Assembly (NCBI GenBank): GCA_000708835.1
Contig: DF237587.1
Location: forward strand, 3,301-50,233
Direction: 5' to 3'
Source of the DNA: Klebsormidium nitens
Taxonomy: Eukaryota > Plantae > Klebsormidiophyceae
DNA: 46,933 nucleotides
In this document: positions 34,737 to 46,933 of the stretch, piece by piece
Numbering within the stretch: the first letter of the stretch is position 1
Layout: the number at the start of each line of letters is the position of its first letter
Notes under the pieces: model-generated
Databases searched by the model: none
The model's input: only the letters and a program-made list of their open reading frames with translations
What the model was told of the DNA's origin: nothing
Position numbers and translations under genes: made by a program

Positions 34737-37700
34737 ATGGCTGCTGCGGCAGCACGCACAGGCCGATCTCCAGACATGTTGGCCGGAAGCCATGAGGCCC
34801 CAGAATTTGACCACCTGTTCAAACTGCTGCTGATTGGGGACAGCGGGGTTGGGAAGAGCTCGCTGCTTCTGCGATTCACAGCGGATACTTTTGATGACCT
34901 CTCGCCCACCATTGGTGAGTTCCAAAACGGGTCAATGATATTCACTTTCTGATAAAAGATTAGACTAAGCACTTTTCGAGTGGACAGTGGTAGCTGGTAG
35001 ACAATGGTATCTTTCTGAAAGGGCATCAGCTTCATTGCATGACGGCATTATGTGAGGGGGAGCCAGGGTACAATCTGCATGCATGTAGCTCCGCGTCTTG
35101 AAAACAAATTCTTTGCCATCATGCTTGACATAACACTCCTGTGTGCACCCAAAGTCTGGTAAGATTTATTTTGAGCTGTATTTCTAAGTCCCGTCCTGCA
35201 ATCCTATCTCATCACGGCATTTGATGGGAGGACTGTACCCCTCATGACAATCAACTTGTCTGTGGAGTTCATATCTGCTGTTTTTACATTGACATCGCAG
35301 GCGTCGACTTCAAGCTGAAAATGCTCACTCTTGGGGGCAAGCGGATAAAGCTCACAATTTGGGACACAGGTTGGATATCCTTCCCTGCTCGTAGGGCTTT
35401 GGTCCGCTTCAGCTTTTGTTTGAGGTTTCATCCGCGCAGTTGTGACGTTAGGTCTGCACAAGCTTGGAAGGACAGAATCAACTGGTCGCACTCCGGATTC
35501 AAAACGGGAAATCACTTATCAGAATTCCCCTCTGTACTCAGCCTTAGGCAACAGTTGCCCCTAGAATTTTGGGCTGGATTGGTGAGCGTTCGTTGCAGTA
35601 AGACGGTTGAGAACATCATATGTTGGAAGTTGGAAGTGATGGCCAACTTTGGGGTACATAGCAGCTATGGTTCTGTTTAAGGATGTTCTTCCTGCACAGC
35701 AGTAACCAGGAAAGAATATCCCCCTGAGCTCAACGCTGTTGGGGGTGCATCGCAGGGGGGAACTTTCTAAGAAGTTGACGTTGCTGATCACACATTGAAG
35801 GTCAGCTGATTGTAGACGGGAAGACGTTCCCATCTACGACAAAGGATAGCTTCCACGTCAGTAGTGTACTGTCAGGAAGGCACAAGAATCCACAAACCTG
35901 CTTATCTGCAACCCCCCGGCAATAAGACTGAATCAGCAATAGAACTGTATCAGTGGATCCTGGTGAACTTTGGGTGAAATCGCAAAGCACACAGTATCAC
36001 GTGTGGTTCTCTTATGTGTCTGCCGAGTCATCTATTCTGCCAGATGATCTTAGAAATCTTAACAGTGCACCCTGGAATGGCAGTTCATAGAAGGCGGTTG
36101 TTTAAGGTGTCTATAAGAAATTCTGAGAGCGCTTCATTGTTTGCAAGTGTATCTTGGCAAATTCTAGAAGTTCGAGGTTTTGCATGGCTGGCAACAGAGG
36201 TCCTGTAGATTCTGCAGACCCCCCAGACACTTAAGAAGGGGCTGAGAATCAAGAAGATTTCTGTCACTTGCAGCCGGACAAGAGCGGTTTCGTACGCTGA
36301 CCAGTTCCTACTACCGGGGGGCTCAAGGAATCATCCTCGGTGAGGGAGAGGTACCCTTAAGTCACTCCGTTTCAAGTCTGCTGTAATGTTCCAATCTTCT
36401 TCTACTACAGTGTCGCAAGATTGCTCAGGTTTTTCATGCTATGGTCTTGCCTCTGAACATCCAAATAACTGTCGAAGTGCGATAATCTGTCCCTCGGATC
36501 GACTTCCTGGGCGTTTGCGTCTGTGTTTGAGAATCAAACTCCCTAGTTTACCAGCACCGTCCAAATATCAGCTCAGCTATTCTCCAAAATGCGGTATTCA
36601 AAGAAGGTGCAAGTCGAAACGTTGAGCACGCATAACCAGCCAGTCTTCAAAAAAGAAGATGTTTCAGCACGAAATGTAGCCTCAGGTGTGGGCCCTTGTA
36701 GATCATGCGACTTACATCCGGATTCACATTGAAACTGAAAACGTCCCCGCTCTCATGCAGCGTACGACGTCACCCGGCGGGAGACGTTTACGGACCTTTC
36801 GGACATCTGGCTCAAGGAGGTCGAATTGTACAGCACGAATCCGGACTGCATAAAGATGCTCGTGGGGAACAAAGTCGACCGGGTGAGTCCCGCAGATTAT
36901 AGTCCCTTTCGAAGTGTATATCAATACTTGTAGCTTCTTGTCCGGGAGTACGAACAATCCAATTGTCCGAACAACATTTTTTTTTGTCGTGGACGATTTT
37001 GTATCTGCTGCGGAATGATGTTATTCTGCTGCAAACGATAAGTTGACCGTTTTCGTAGTCTGTTGACGCATCTGATTCCGTCAGACCTACACCATGACCT
37101 TGATCTCCGTGCTCTTATTGTTTTGTGAAGACTGCTTTGAAGACTCTCCATTTCTGCCTTTTTGGGGGGAAGCACGACTGTGCAATAGGCGTAAAAGAGC
37201 TCCAACTTGAAAACAGTGTTATGGATGTGTCCAGCTTACAGCTTCGAGGGCTTATCAAATGCCAGTTCAGCACGTTCTGACAGCCCTTCAGCTTTGTGGT
37301 CCCGTAAAAGGCGCCACGGCAGGGCCGTTCGTGATATTTCCAGAGCAGGGGCCATCAATGATTGGCCCTGCTTCAAGGAAGGCTTCAAACGGGATCTCAG
37401 CAGTTTGGCCCCCAAGATGAAACGAAGTAATCAGCGCCGGGCCTGAAGCAGTATTGTTTGTTTTGCTGCAGGAAAGCGAGCGGCAGGTGACGAAGGAGGA
37501 GGGGAAGGCGTTTGCGCGGCAGCACGGGTGTCTGTTTCTCGAGGCGAGCGCCAAGACGCGGCGAGGGGTGCAGGACTGCTTCCAAGAGCTTGTGCAAAAG
37601 GTAAGCGAGCCTCGTTATTTCAGGGGACCTAAGACACCTCGAAAGCTCAAGAGGGCAACCAAAAAAGTCCTTCTGATTTAAAGAATCCTTTCCGTGGGTT

Positions 37701-38533
37701 TGCCAGCCCTTGGGCGGAGTGGTTGAGACAGCAATTGTGGGCACGTTTGATCCAGAGCCCTTTCGCGATCTTTCTATTGTGGCCCTCGTGGCCAGTCCGT
37801 CGTCGGTCCATCGGGGCTCGGTGTGCATGCACCTTTGGCACGTCGACCTGTCCCTCAGATCGTCAACCCCGTCTTCTGAATTTCCGAGTTTGCATGAGAT
37901 AAGTGTGCCTCTCGTCGACACGGATTCAAAAGAGGACAGTCACCAAGCGCAAAGGCTCGATTGTCGACGTTCAGTGGCGTGAGCGCAGCAGCAGATTGCA
38001 CGTTTCTGTGTCCTGCTTCGATGAAGCCGTTGCGTATTGGGAGTTGACAACAGAATTTTCAGGACGAAAAGGCGTCATGTTCTGCAGAAAATCAGAGGAA
38101 TCGTAAACACAATTAAGGACGTCGTTTGGCCAGTGTTGTGTAGGGTATATTCTTCTGTTGTCTTCGATTGAATCTCTCGAAAACGTGTCCGCAATCTGCA
38201 GGAAATGCTCCGTTGTCCGCTTTCGAAGGCCTCTTAGCAGTAGACCTATGCGACCCTGATCTCGTTTCATGCTTTCTGCTTCCTTCACATTTGGCTGCTG
38301 GGAAGAGCTTCTCAGTAACCTTTATAGCTTCTTGACAGATTGGTATCATTGAGCATTCAAGACCTGTTTTAAACGAGTCAGAAAGAAGTCGGTTGAGGTT
38401 ATGAAAGACTGACCTTACTTTGTCCTGCCAGATCCTTGATACCCCCGGTTTGGTTGATGTGGGTCGACCATCTGGCGACCACTTACGGTTAAACGCGGAT
38501 CAGCAAGCATCAAGCAGTGGTTGCGCATGCTAG
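34737..38533 (+). CDS. RABC1: RabC / Rab18-family small GTPase, 6 exons, 221 aa
   Basis: Exons 34737-34914, 35301-35369, 36274-36339, 36761-36882, 37472-37600 and 38432-38533 (666 nt). Motifs: [57 protein letters not shown] and a C-terminal CAC prenylation motif. The start could instead be the second Met (MLAGSHE). Confidence 0.95.
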
Positions 38534-39831
38534 CTGCATTATCTATCTTTGAGATTGAACTTGGTAGACGACATCAGGTAATGCCCTTTATTTGCGACCT
38601 CGCCCTCAAGGATTGTAGATAACAGAACAGTTCACGTGTGATGTCTAATGGAGAAAGTCAGGGCTTTCTAGCTCGCTCGTGTACATACATAGACAAACAC
38701 TCCTTGGACTCTCAACAACGCCCCAGCAGAAAAGCGTCGTTCAGATGAATTCATTGTAGCATTGGCCGGTCAGTGTCTCGTTTACTTTTAAGTAGGATGC
38801 GTTGAAAATGATGATAGTATTGTCACTATCGGAGCCTGTTGAAGTAGCTCTAGTGGCAACGTGCGGGCCAGTGTTAATGCATCTTGGCTGCCTACCAGTA
38901 AGTTACTGGTGGACTGGGAAGCAATATGCTTCGGGTCCGTCGGTTGCATGCTCGTAGGACCACTCGAGAAACTTGGCCCGGAGTCTGGCAGTGAGCTTCA
39001 CATGCCCTGAGCAGTGCAACGACATGGAGTGCAATTACTTTGCAAAGCCGTCCCGCGGGCCAGGACATGGAGGCCAGAGGATGGATCGACGGTGCACACT
39101 GGCATGCATGCCATCTCATGCATAATCATGAAAGCTAGCTATATACTTTTTTTGAACAATGCAGGGGCCGGGCTTGAAGGCCGGCTACAATAAGTTATAT
39201 ACTGTTATATATTCGTTGAATAACTTGATCATATACTATAGTATGTATCATGTGCCGTCATGAAATGAATATGTGAGTGAAATGATTAAGATGGTACGAG
39301 CAGTGGGTACATGCATGCCTCCAATGCCTTTGAAAACGTCTACAAAATGTCACTGTAGAATTTCATCCTCATTACATGTCATTATATCGAGATCATTGAA
39401 TAAGTCATGACAGAAGCATGATCGAGTTGATGCCAGAATTTTCGGGCAGCTTGAACGTACTGCTATCAGATGTCTGCAAGTTAGTACACGATCATGTCCG
39501 CTGCAACCCGGGCAATCAGCGATCGAGCACGTCAAGTTTCTTATGAGTACCTAGCATCCTGGTCGAGCCTGAGGACCGGCCGAAGGAGGAAGACGGTTTG
39601 CATGTAGCTGAACCGCGGTGCAAACAAACGAGATGCATATTTTCGAGTACGTCCTTACTGTCCATGGGTCGGACATGTTTGAACAACGCCAGAATGATGG
39701 TCCCTTCAGACACACGCCATTGTCATGTAGCTGGCCATAGGCTTCTCTCCGAGAGGCTTATGGCACACAATTGTTGAACTCCTGCATAAAAGTATTATTC
39801 AGGTAATATTGTCCCCTTTGCCCTATCAACC

Positions 39832-41110
39832 TTACAACCTCAGCCGAGACCTTGTACACTGTGGAACTTTTGCGACCAATGAGAAGAACGATCCAGTGCG
39901 GGCCGTCTCCGAGGTCACCACATGAAGCACCTGGAGCGACGCCGTTTTGTCTGCTTCTGGGGAAGTTCGATCGGTGGGAAATTTAGGAGCTGGCCATGCC
40001 ACTTTGTGCTCTCCATCTTGCAGCCTTCCCTGGACGCCTTCCATCCAGACTTCCTCAGAACGAAGCGCCTTCAGACCTGACGCCAATTCTTGTAGCTCAC
40101 GCAAATTCAGTGGCGCGTCCTTGGGCAGGCCCGCTGTCGCCTCACTGAGCCCCACAATTAAGCGATTCAACATGGAGAAGCGGCTTAGAAAACCAGTAGG
40201 TGGCACTGGCAGGGAAGGTGCCTCCCAGTTACTCTGAGGCTCGCCTTTCTGGTGACCGGACCGCAACTGCAAGCCACGTGCTGGTTTCACCAGGACACGC
40301 ATGTCCTCTAAGGCAAAGACACATCCCAAGAGCACCTTCACATACAAGTTCTTTTCGTACTTTGCAGCGACTTCTCGGTTTCCATTCTTCTCAATCACGG
40401 GCACGAATTGCGAAGCTTCTTCGAAGGCCTGAGCAAGCTGCGTGATCTGGCTGCCTGACACTTGGAACCAGCTTGTCGACGTGGTTGCCAAAGTACTCTT
40501 CAGATCCTTTAAGATTGGAAGCTGAACCTCGGGTTGTGCGGAGCCTGCGTTGGCAGCCATGTAAGAGCACGCGTCCTGAAGCATATACGTCACAAAGGAT
40601 GAGGAAGCATACGCCATCCTTGCCTGCTGAACCACCGCTATCCACGTAAACAGAAACTTCTACAGCTGCCCGAAAATGGCATGCTCTCGCTGCTCCCATG
40701 GCAGTTGATGGAGAATGCTCCGCACCTCTTCATCTAGCTGCACATGACATCCCATTTTTCTGAACCAAACCCCTGGGAGCGCAGGGACTTGTATGCTTGA
40801 CATAGATCAGGGAGCTTGCTTGCGCAGCATGGCGCCCCGCTAGCGAAGGCCTCACTAGCTGCCACAAACACTCCCCAAACACTTCCAGCATGCCATCTAC
40901 TTCCAAAGGCTGGACACTGAGGCGCCCTTGCATCGATCTCTCTGCGTTCTCACTCATGGCGTCCCACTCTATCCACGAACCCTGATCGACAATGAGGCTG
41001 GCCGGGTCGAGCCTGGCCCTGGCCGACTGGCCTGTAGCTGCCGCGGCTGCGTGTGGCGGCGGCCGGGCTGGAGCGCGACCGCAGTCCCCGGGTTTGCAAC
41101 GGGTTTCAGG
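39832..41110 (-). pseudogene. Unknown spliced gene with an in-frame TAG at 40662-40660 (pseudogene, base error or readthrough)
   Basis: Putative exon 41110-40856 ends WQL|GTGAGG. A 118-nt intron ends CATGTGCAG. The frame then reads LDEEVRSILHQLPWEQREHAIFGQL*KFLFTWIAVVQQARMAY and continues 267 codons to 39832. No family recognised. Confidence 0.5.
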
Positions 41111-42483
41111 CTGGTTTCAGGCGGACAAGCGTTCTTCGGACACTTAGAGTCGAACCGTCATGTCTGAGTACGGTCAATTTCGGGATCTCGGACGGTATGG
41201 TACATTTGGCGCTGCATAGAGCTGACGTCACTACACAACTTAGGGTTCTGCGTGAGCAGCGACCATGAGCTTGTGGTTGATGAACTTATACTATACTTTC
41301 TTCTCGGCCTAGAATGCTGGTGGCATCTTATTCCAGCATTTCATAAGATTGTGGCGTGTTTGGGGCAACAGACGGATCGTATGCTTGAGCTTTCTCCAGG
41401 CCGCTTCAGAATCAGGGACAAACGCGAATCGGCATTGGTCTGTCTGAACCCTTACGACATTTGTCATGGGAACTTGATGTGTATCCTCAAGAAAGCTTGT
41501 TTGAAACAGAGCGTCAGAGTTCCTTTTCGAGATCTGTATCTTCTAGTGACCATGGGAAAGCAAACCGCGAGCAGCACTCGGCCGCTCCAGATTGATTTTC
41601 GGTTGAATGAGACGACCCTGACTTGCACTTCTCAAAAGGTGGGACCAATTTGCACTTACAATCTCCAAATTGAGCGCAACTGATTGCCAGGTACCACTGC
41701 TGTTGAAGTTGACAGCTACCAAGGCCCTGCGTGATGCCAGTGTCTCACAGGTTCAACCTTAAAACTTGCTGCTACAAACACAATGCTGCCCAGATTTTCC
41801 TTGCTTCTTCCAGAAACCTTGCAAGAATGTGTGCTGATCTGGTGCTGAGGTTAGAATTCAACATGCAATCATTTATAGCCCACTGAAGCGGACGAAGGAA
41901 AGGCCGGCTTCATTTCTTTCCTAGCTTGATCTGTGCTACTTTTCTGCAAAAGCCAGCTCTTTGAATTTCAATTTGAAAGGAGCTTTCTCAAAGGGTAGTG
42001 TTGCGCCCAACACAAGCTGTTTGGTGGCTGCAGCAAGTACTGTTGGCATGGTCTGAAGAAGCTCGCTGTTGTGAGTCAGCAGCAGCTGTCAATCTGAGCT
42101 GGAAAAGAGGGAGCAAAGGTATGGTGACCATATGTCTGAAGGATCTGTGCAATAGGGAAGCGAAGACAGGAGAAATCTTTCTAGGCTAGCTTCGAGGGCG
42201 TCTTGGGACATCAGATTTTGCAGACGGAGTTTTCCATCCTGGTTCCTCGAAGTCCGCCACGTTCTGTGGATGTAATTTCCATGTGATTGTCTGGGTGCCT
42301 TTAGTCTTGATAGGCAATTCTGCGTTACTAGCCCGCCAGAAAAGCAGACGCCCTGCTCTTCCAAACGGCACGGCTGCAACCCTTCAGCTCGAGTTGAAAC
42401 TTTTGTGCCTTGGCGCTCCACGTATAAGACCCTGACAGCGTTCTGCTACCTCAAGACTTTACCAACCTGCGACCACACTAAGG

Positions 42484-45400
42484 ATGCTCCTTGCACCTAA
42501 CCTGTCAGTAGATAAAGACCAACCGAATCTAACAAACGGCCTTACTGACGGGCGCTTCGTTTCTCAGGCAAAGCTCGCGCACGACCAAGTGGTGGAGGAC
42601 AGCAAGAAGGACATCCTGGGCCTGAAGGACCCCCAATGGACGTCTTCCACTTACGTTGACAAGAGCAGGTTCCCCAAGCACGAGGCGGACTGCCGACTTT
42701 CGGCGACCTTTGGGCTTGCGGGGCACACGGTGAGCCGTTTCTCGCAAGAAACAAGCTGTGATGTCGAGACATCGGTTAGGAAATTGTGCTTGTGTCTAAG
42801 TGGACAGCACGACGGGAAGCCATGGCGCCATGAGGTCTTCCCAACTTAGAACCGAATTCACCGAGAAGGGTTCCATCGACGTGGCAAAGGAGAGAATGGT
42901 AGAGGAGAGGTTACTGAAAGGTCGTCCGCATGAGTCGTCGACTCCTGGGAAGCAGCTCGGCGATACTCCTGTAAGCGGTGACGAATTCAAGAAGCAGGCC
43001 TGGTTTGGGGCAGCCCTTCCAAAAGAAGCTCAGCGTACAAAGTGCTGATTACACGCTCTAGTTTATGCCAGTCACAGAGTTAAGGCTTGCATCAAGTAGC
43101 TACGTGACTTGCTGTACTCTAGGCATGAACCGCCTTGTTATCTAGAGAAGAGAAGTCCAGCAACAAAGCTCGTGTTGCTCCACGAATCACCCGACAGTCA
43201 GCTTTTGAATGTCGCGAACTACCTGGTCCTCCTGATCATCCCTCTTTCCTCAACAGCAGCTTCAAACTATGAGCCGAAGCGGTTGGTATTTACCGGTTGC
43301 TCGCTTTCCCCCCAGGTGCGTGATCCGGATATCCTGTGGTCGCGGCCCGCCCTTCCGGGGCCCTGGAATGCGAGCACCGAGATCAACAGGAAGACGCTGA
43401 AAAAAACACTAGAAAACAGGTAGGGACCGGGATGAGTCTTCTACTTTTTGGCGTCATTTTCGACCGCCTGATCTGCGGAGCGTCGCTCACGGAATCTTGG
43501 GTACTCGATCTTGAAAGTGCACCCGCTGGAGACGTTCTGTGATCGGCACAGATCGAAATTTGGTTTCGGCGGCCAAATCTTCGTGACCAGCTTTGGATCT
43601 GGGTTTGGGCAGAGGCGGAAGCGAATCAGTGCAAAACGAACGCCTGCCTCCCAGCGATACTCTTCTGCAAGACTCCTCAGCATAGCTTCTGCAAACCACA
43701 CCGCTGTCGAAAGATTCGTCTGCTTGCGAAGCGAGGGATAATCTTTGAGCAAGTCGAGTCGACTTTGGAATTTCGCGTTTGAAACTGCGCATCTGATGGA
43801 TATTGCCGATCATGTTCTAGATGTTGATCTCACGCCCCAGAACTCTCGATACTTTTCACTTGTATTAAAGGCAAAACCTTCATCTCCAAAACGCGTCTGC
43901 CGACTATCGGCTAAGTATGAACTCTAAAGTCGTAAGGGCCGAAAGGGTACAATGGTCTGCTGACCTAAAAATCTTGAAAGTTCTTTCGCTCCGTACATCC
44001 CTTGTGTGGATTCTAAAAGCTTTGTTCTTCGCAAGCAAACGGCTAAGCCTAAAGATGAAACAAGCTTCTACGAGGTTCGACAAAGTGTCCTGCTTATTCA
44101 AAATCTGCAAGTTGTCTCTCGTGCGTGCTTAAGGTGAGGCCTTCACAACAAGAAGCTGTCCGCATTTCGAAATCCCCGTTATTATTCCCGTCTCAAGCCG
44201 TCCCTTTTTGATAATATGCAAGGCCGTAGATGCAAGGCAGCATTCGCTGAAGTGAAGCGCGCATTCGAAAATCTCGGTCGATTCTTTCTAACCTGGATTG
44301 AGGCGACCTCGACGAAGCAGACTCATGCCCGTGCGTCGCAGACTTCCAGCATACAGGGCAAACACCGCAACACGCTCAGCGCAGCACCCATCTGACAACA
44401 CACGACAGTGTCTGTTTCGCCAAGCGTAATCGAGGCGTCCGTCAACCAGAAAACTCACGCCCCTGAGTCCGCTTTTTTCCAGCATGCAAGGCGACCACCG
44501 CAACACGCTGAAGTGCAGCGCTCACCTGGCGGGCTACGTGGACCCCGCCACGTCGCAGTTGCCGGACGTCCGACGGACGCGCAGCCTGAGCCCCCCCAAG
44601 CGGACGTGCCGCTGTCCGGACGCGCATCCCAACGCGCACGCCGACGACTTTTCGCCAAGGCGGAGGCGGAAAAACAGGTCGGAGTTTGTCAATTTCTGGG
44701 TGCTGAAAAAGGAGCGCCCGTTGTCTGAGCGCTCAAAGATTCGGACGTCATACAGGTTGGATTCCAAGTGTCTCCCGAGTCAGGTCTCGACACACGGCGT
44801 GAAGATAGACAGCAAAAAATAACGGGTTGTCATTGCATATGCATCACGGAGTTCGATAGGTCAGTGTTCCGTTGTTAAGAGTTTTCGCGTCTCGTCTCTC
44901 CGACGTTTTTTGCTTTGAGTGTCGACTTCAGTAATGTGTGTGAGATGAGTGCATCATCAACCCATTGCGGCCGGGCGTGGGGTTTGAAGAGGAGGTCCAT
45001 CTTCGCCTTTCTACTTCATGAGTGCCACGTTCGACGCCGGAGCCGTCTGACGCCGAAAGGGCCCCTCCAAGTCAGACATGTCTCACAACCGTTGAATTTT
45101 TCACCTTATTCTGCGCCAGCCCTTGCTTTCGTGCTCCTGACGTCACTTGTGGACACCACATACGCTGGCCTGCTGGCTTCTCGAACGACCTAATGTCTTC
45201 GTTGTGGCCTTTGGAAGGAAGTCGTCAAAAACCTCTGAAGATGCGGGTTTCGCGCTTATCAGAAAGTGACGGGGTTCTCAGATCGCTGATCGTGAAGTGC
45301 CACGAGAAGGAACGGCGAAATGGTACTAAAGCCTTTGGATCCTCGACGAATCGGCTGACGTCGAATCTGGCCTTGTGCAGGCCCGTTCGCCGTGAAGACG

Positions 45401-45501
45401 TGGAAGAGGTGAGAAGATTGGACACGTGGCAGCCGCCCATAGTAACAGGAACAACCAACAAGGATGTAAAAAGTGAGATTGCTGTGACGGGCTCATCATG
45501 A
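42484..45501 (+). CDS. Hypothetical protein, predicted 4 exons
   Basis: Exons 42484 (or an acceptor at 42568)-42729, 43316-43419, 44483-44677 and 45381-45501. Junction phases 0, 2 and 2 all agree. The internal exons are GC3-rich like other genes here. A TATAAG lies at about 42423. Confidence 0.55.
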
Positions 45502-46227
45502 CGGGAGGGGAGATCATGCTCGTTTTGTTGCTCCGCAGTAGCAGGCGGTGTTTGCAGATGACTCAGCGCACAGGGTTTGGTGGATGTCGATCTGGAAGAC
45601 GGAAAAGATAGATGGATAGAGAAAGAAAACTTGTAAGTTCGAGGCCAGGGGCGCTAACAATAGTGCAGAGCAAGTTCATAGGAACTTGTTTATGGGACGA
45701 CAGCGTATGTGGTGCACAATGCGCAAGCAATTGTCGGAAGTCACACAGTCCGTCTGCTGTATACTATATATAAGGAAACTCGTATGAGGTAGAAAGCTTG
45801 ACGAAATAAACTTTCATGTCAATTGGTAGCGGTTGGTTGAACTTACATCCACTTATAAAGAGTGCTTCACAGCTAGAGCACGAGAGCATCCATATATATT
45901 TGACGGTATATTAGAGCAAGTTGCTGATGTAAATTCATACATCTAGTATATTCAGAGGAGAAAGAAACCTTATTCAATTGAAAGAGAATGATACAGTCCA
46001 CTAGGCCCCGAACGGACTATAATAGTGTAATCTCGACTCAATCCAATTATATATTGCTGCGTCGCTTCATAACCCATCGCAGTGCAAAGAGGCATAACCT
46101 ATCGGGGTGCAAAGAGGAGATTGAATTTTAAAAGCTCGCACACTGGAAGCTTAAGTCGCTCATGACACGTCGTCTGGTTGTAGTCCTACCTTCATTTGAA
46201 ACGTCTCGTTTCATTCATAACTGATAA

Positions 46228-46790
46228 CAGCGGCGGACCGAACGGCCTCGGGGTGGCAACTCCAATTTTAAAACAGATGGTGTTTTAAATTCGCTTTTCT
46301 TAAAAACCGACTGAAAACAAATGCGATCGGCGTTTTGTTTCATACCGTTGGATAGCCCGTTGTCTGTAGTTTCCAAAACACTACTCGTTTTAAATTTGGC
46401 CCCCCCCACGAAAAGTAAAATGCTTTTAAGTCATTTCAAAACGCCGATGTTTTACTACATGTATCTGCGGGTTAGGCGGACCCAAAAATAGCCCGTTTTA
46501 TAAAACAAATAAAACAGTAAAACGTTTTAAAACGCTTGAAATCCATGTTAAAACAAGTCAGATCGATGTTTCCAGGCCCTTATACCCTATTTTGGCCTTG
46601 TAATATACTCAGGCCTACTTTCATGATACATACGAAGTTGCAAATAGTCGATAGCCGCTATAAAAACAAGGAAAATCATACAAAATCAACCTTTTCCACG
46701 GTTTTAAAACAGTTTTAAAACGTTTTAAAACGGCGTTTTAAGCTTCCAAAACAGCCAAACCTTGTACTACACTAGGAAGACCACCGGAAC
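46228..46790. mobile_element. AT-rich segment resembling the end of a non-autonomous DNA transposon (hAT-like start, subterminal repeats)
   Basis: Begins CAGCGGCGGACC. Palindromic GTTTTAAAAC at 46524, 46701, 46712 and 46722; ATAGCCCGTT at 46352 and 46488; GGCGGACC at 46232 and about 46475. No matching opposite TIR or target-site duplication was found. Confidence 0.35.
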
Positions 46791-46933
46791 GCTGGGACCA
46801 CTAGCAGTCTTCAATAAACACCACTCCTAGTTCCCACTCCCGTATGGCTCAGAGTTATACTAACCCACAGCTACCTGTCAGCGTAAACCAGCGTGGAGCT
46901 ACAGACAACTTAACTGTCGATTAGCAGGTGCCC

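Noticed and set aside
35375-35383. ATATCCTTC (U12 AT-AC donor-like) near the RabC exon-2 donor
   Set aside because: Using it would break the conserved WDTAGQE motif. The GT donor at 35370 fits, and no U12 branch site lies at the acceptor.
39167-39186. GCCGG-loop-CCGGC hairpin beside an AT-rich patch, as a possible Helitron 3' end
   Set aside because: No CTRR terminus at the expected distance, and the stem is only 5 bp.
41140-41156. GGTTCGACTC B-box/T-loop-like motif on the minus strand
   Set aside because: No A-box or cloverleaf pairing, so it is not a tRNA.
41252-41683. 143-aa plus-strand ORF
   Set aside because: No family resemblance or coding-type codon bias. It probably lies antisense to an intron of the minus-strand unknown gene.
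1-46933. CRISPR arrays, operons or prokaryotic defence systems
   Set aside because: The sequence is spliced eukaryotic nuclear DNA, and no regularly spaced repeat-spacer array was seen.

Overview
Eukaryotic nuclear DNA: gene-dense and intron-rich, with about 100-900 nt GT-AG introns and one 374-nt N gap. It encodes photosystem II PsbW and a plastid starch enzyme, so the host is a green plant or alga. Gene architecture and composition suggest a streptophyte alga such as Klebsormidium (inference, not verified). I assembled exon chains by hand with phase checks for eight recognisable genes: mitochondrial uS9 (-), plastid disproportionating enzyme DPE1 (+), PsbW (-), cytosolic eS24 (-), VPS55 (+, 5' end unresolved), a class I RPD3-type histone deacetylase with a ~300-aa extra tail (-), an HROB-like OB-fold protein (+) and a RabC/Rab18 GTPase (+). 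Two unknown spliced genes follow, one interrupted by an in-frame TAG. There are also degenerate coding-like remnants and an AT-rich, transposon-like end at the right edge. No CRISPR array, rRNA or tRNA was found, and I found no clear multi-gene novel system. The most unusual signals are at the splicing level. DPE1 introns contain decayed copies of their own exon ends and splice sites, including a triplicated 3' splice site where one decoy would give an in-frame 37-aa insertion. An HDAC intron holds a perfect four-tract G-quadruplex motif in an open frame encoding RG repeats. Internal DPE1 exons are extremely GC3-rich compared with terminal exons.
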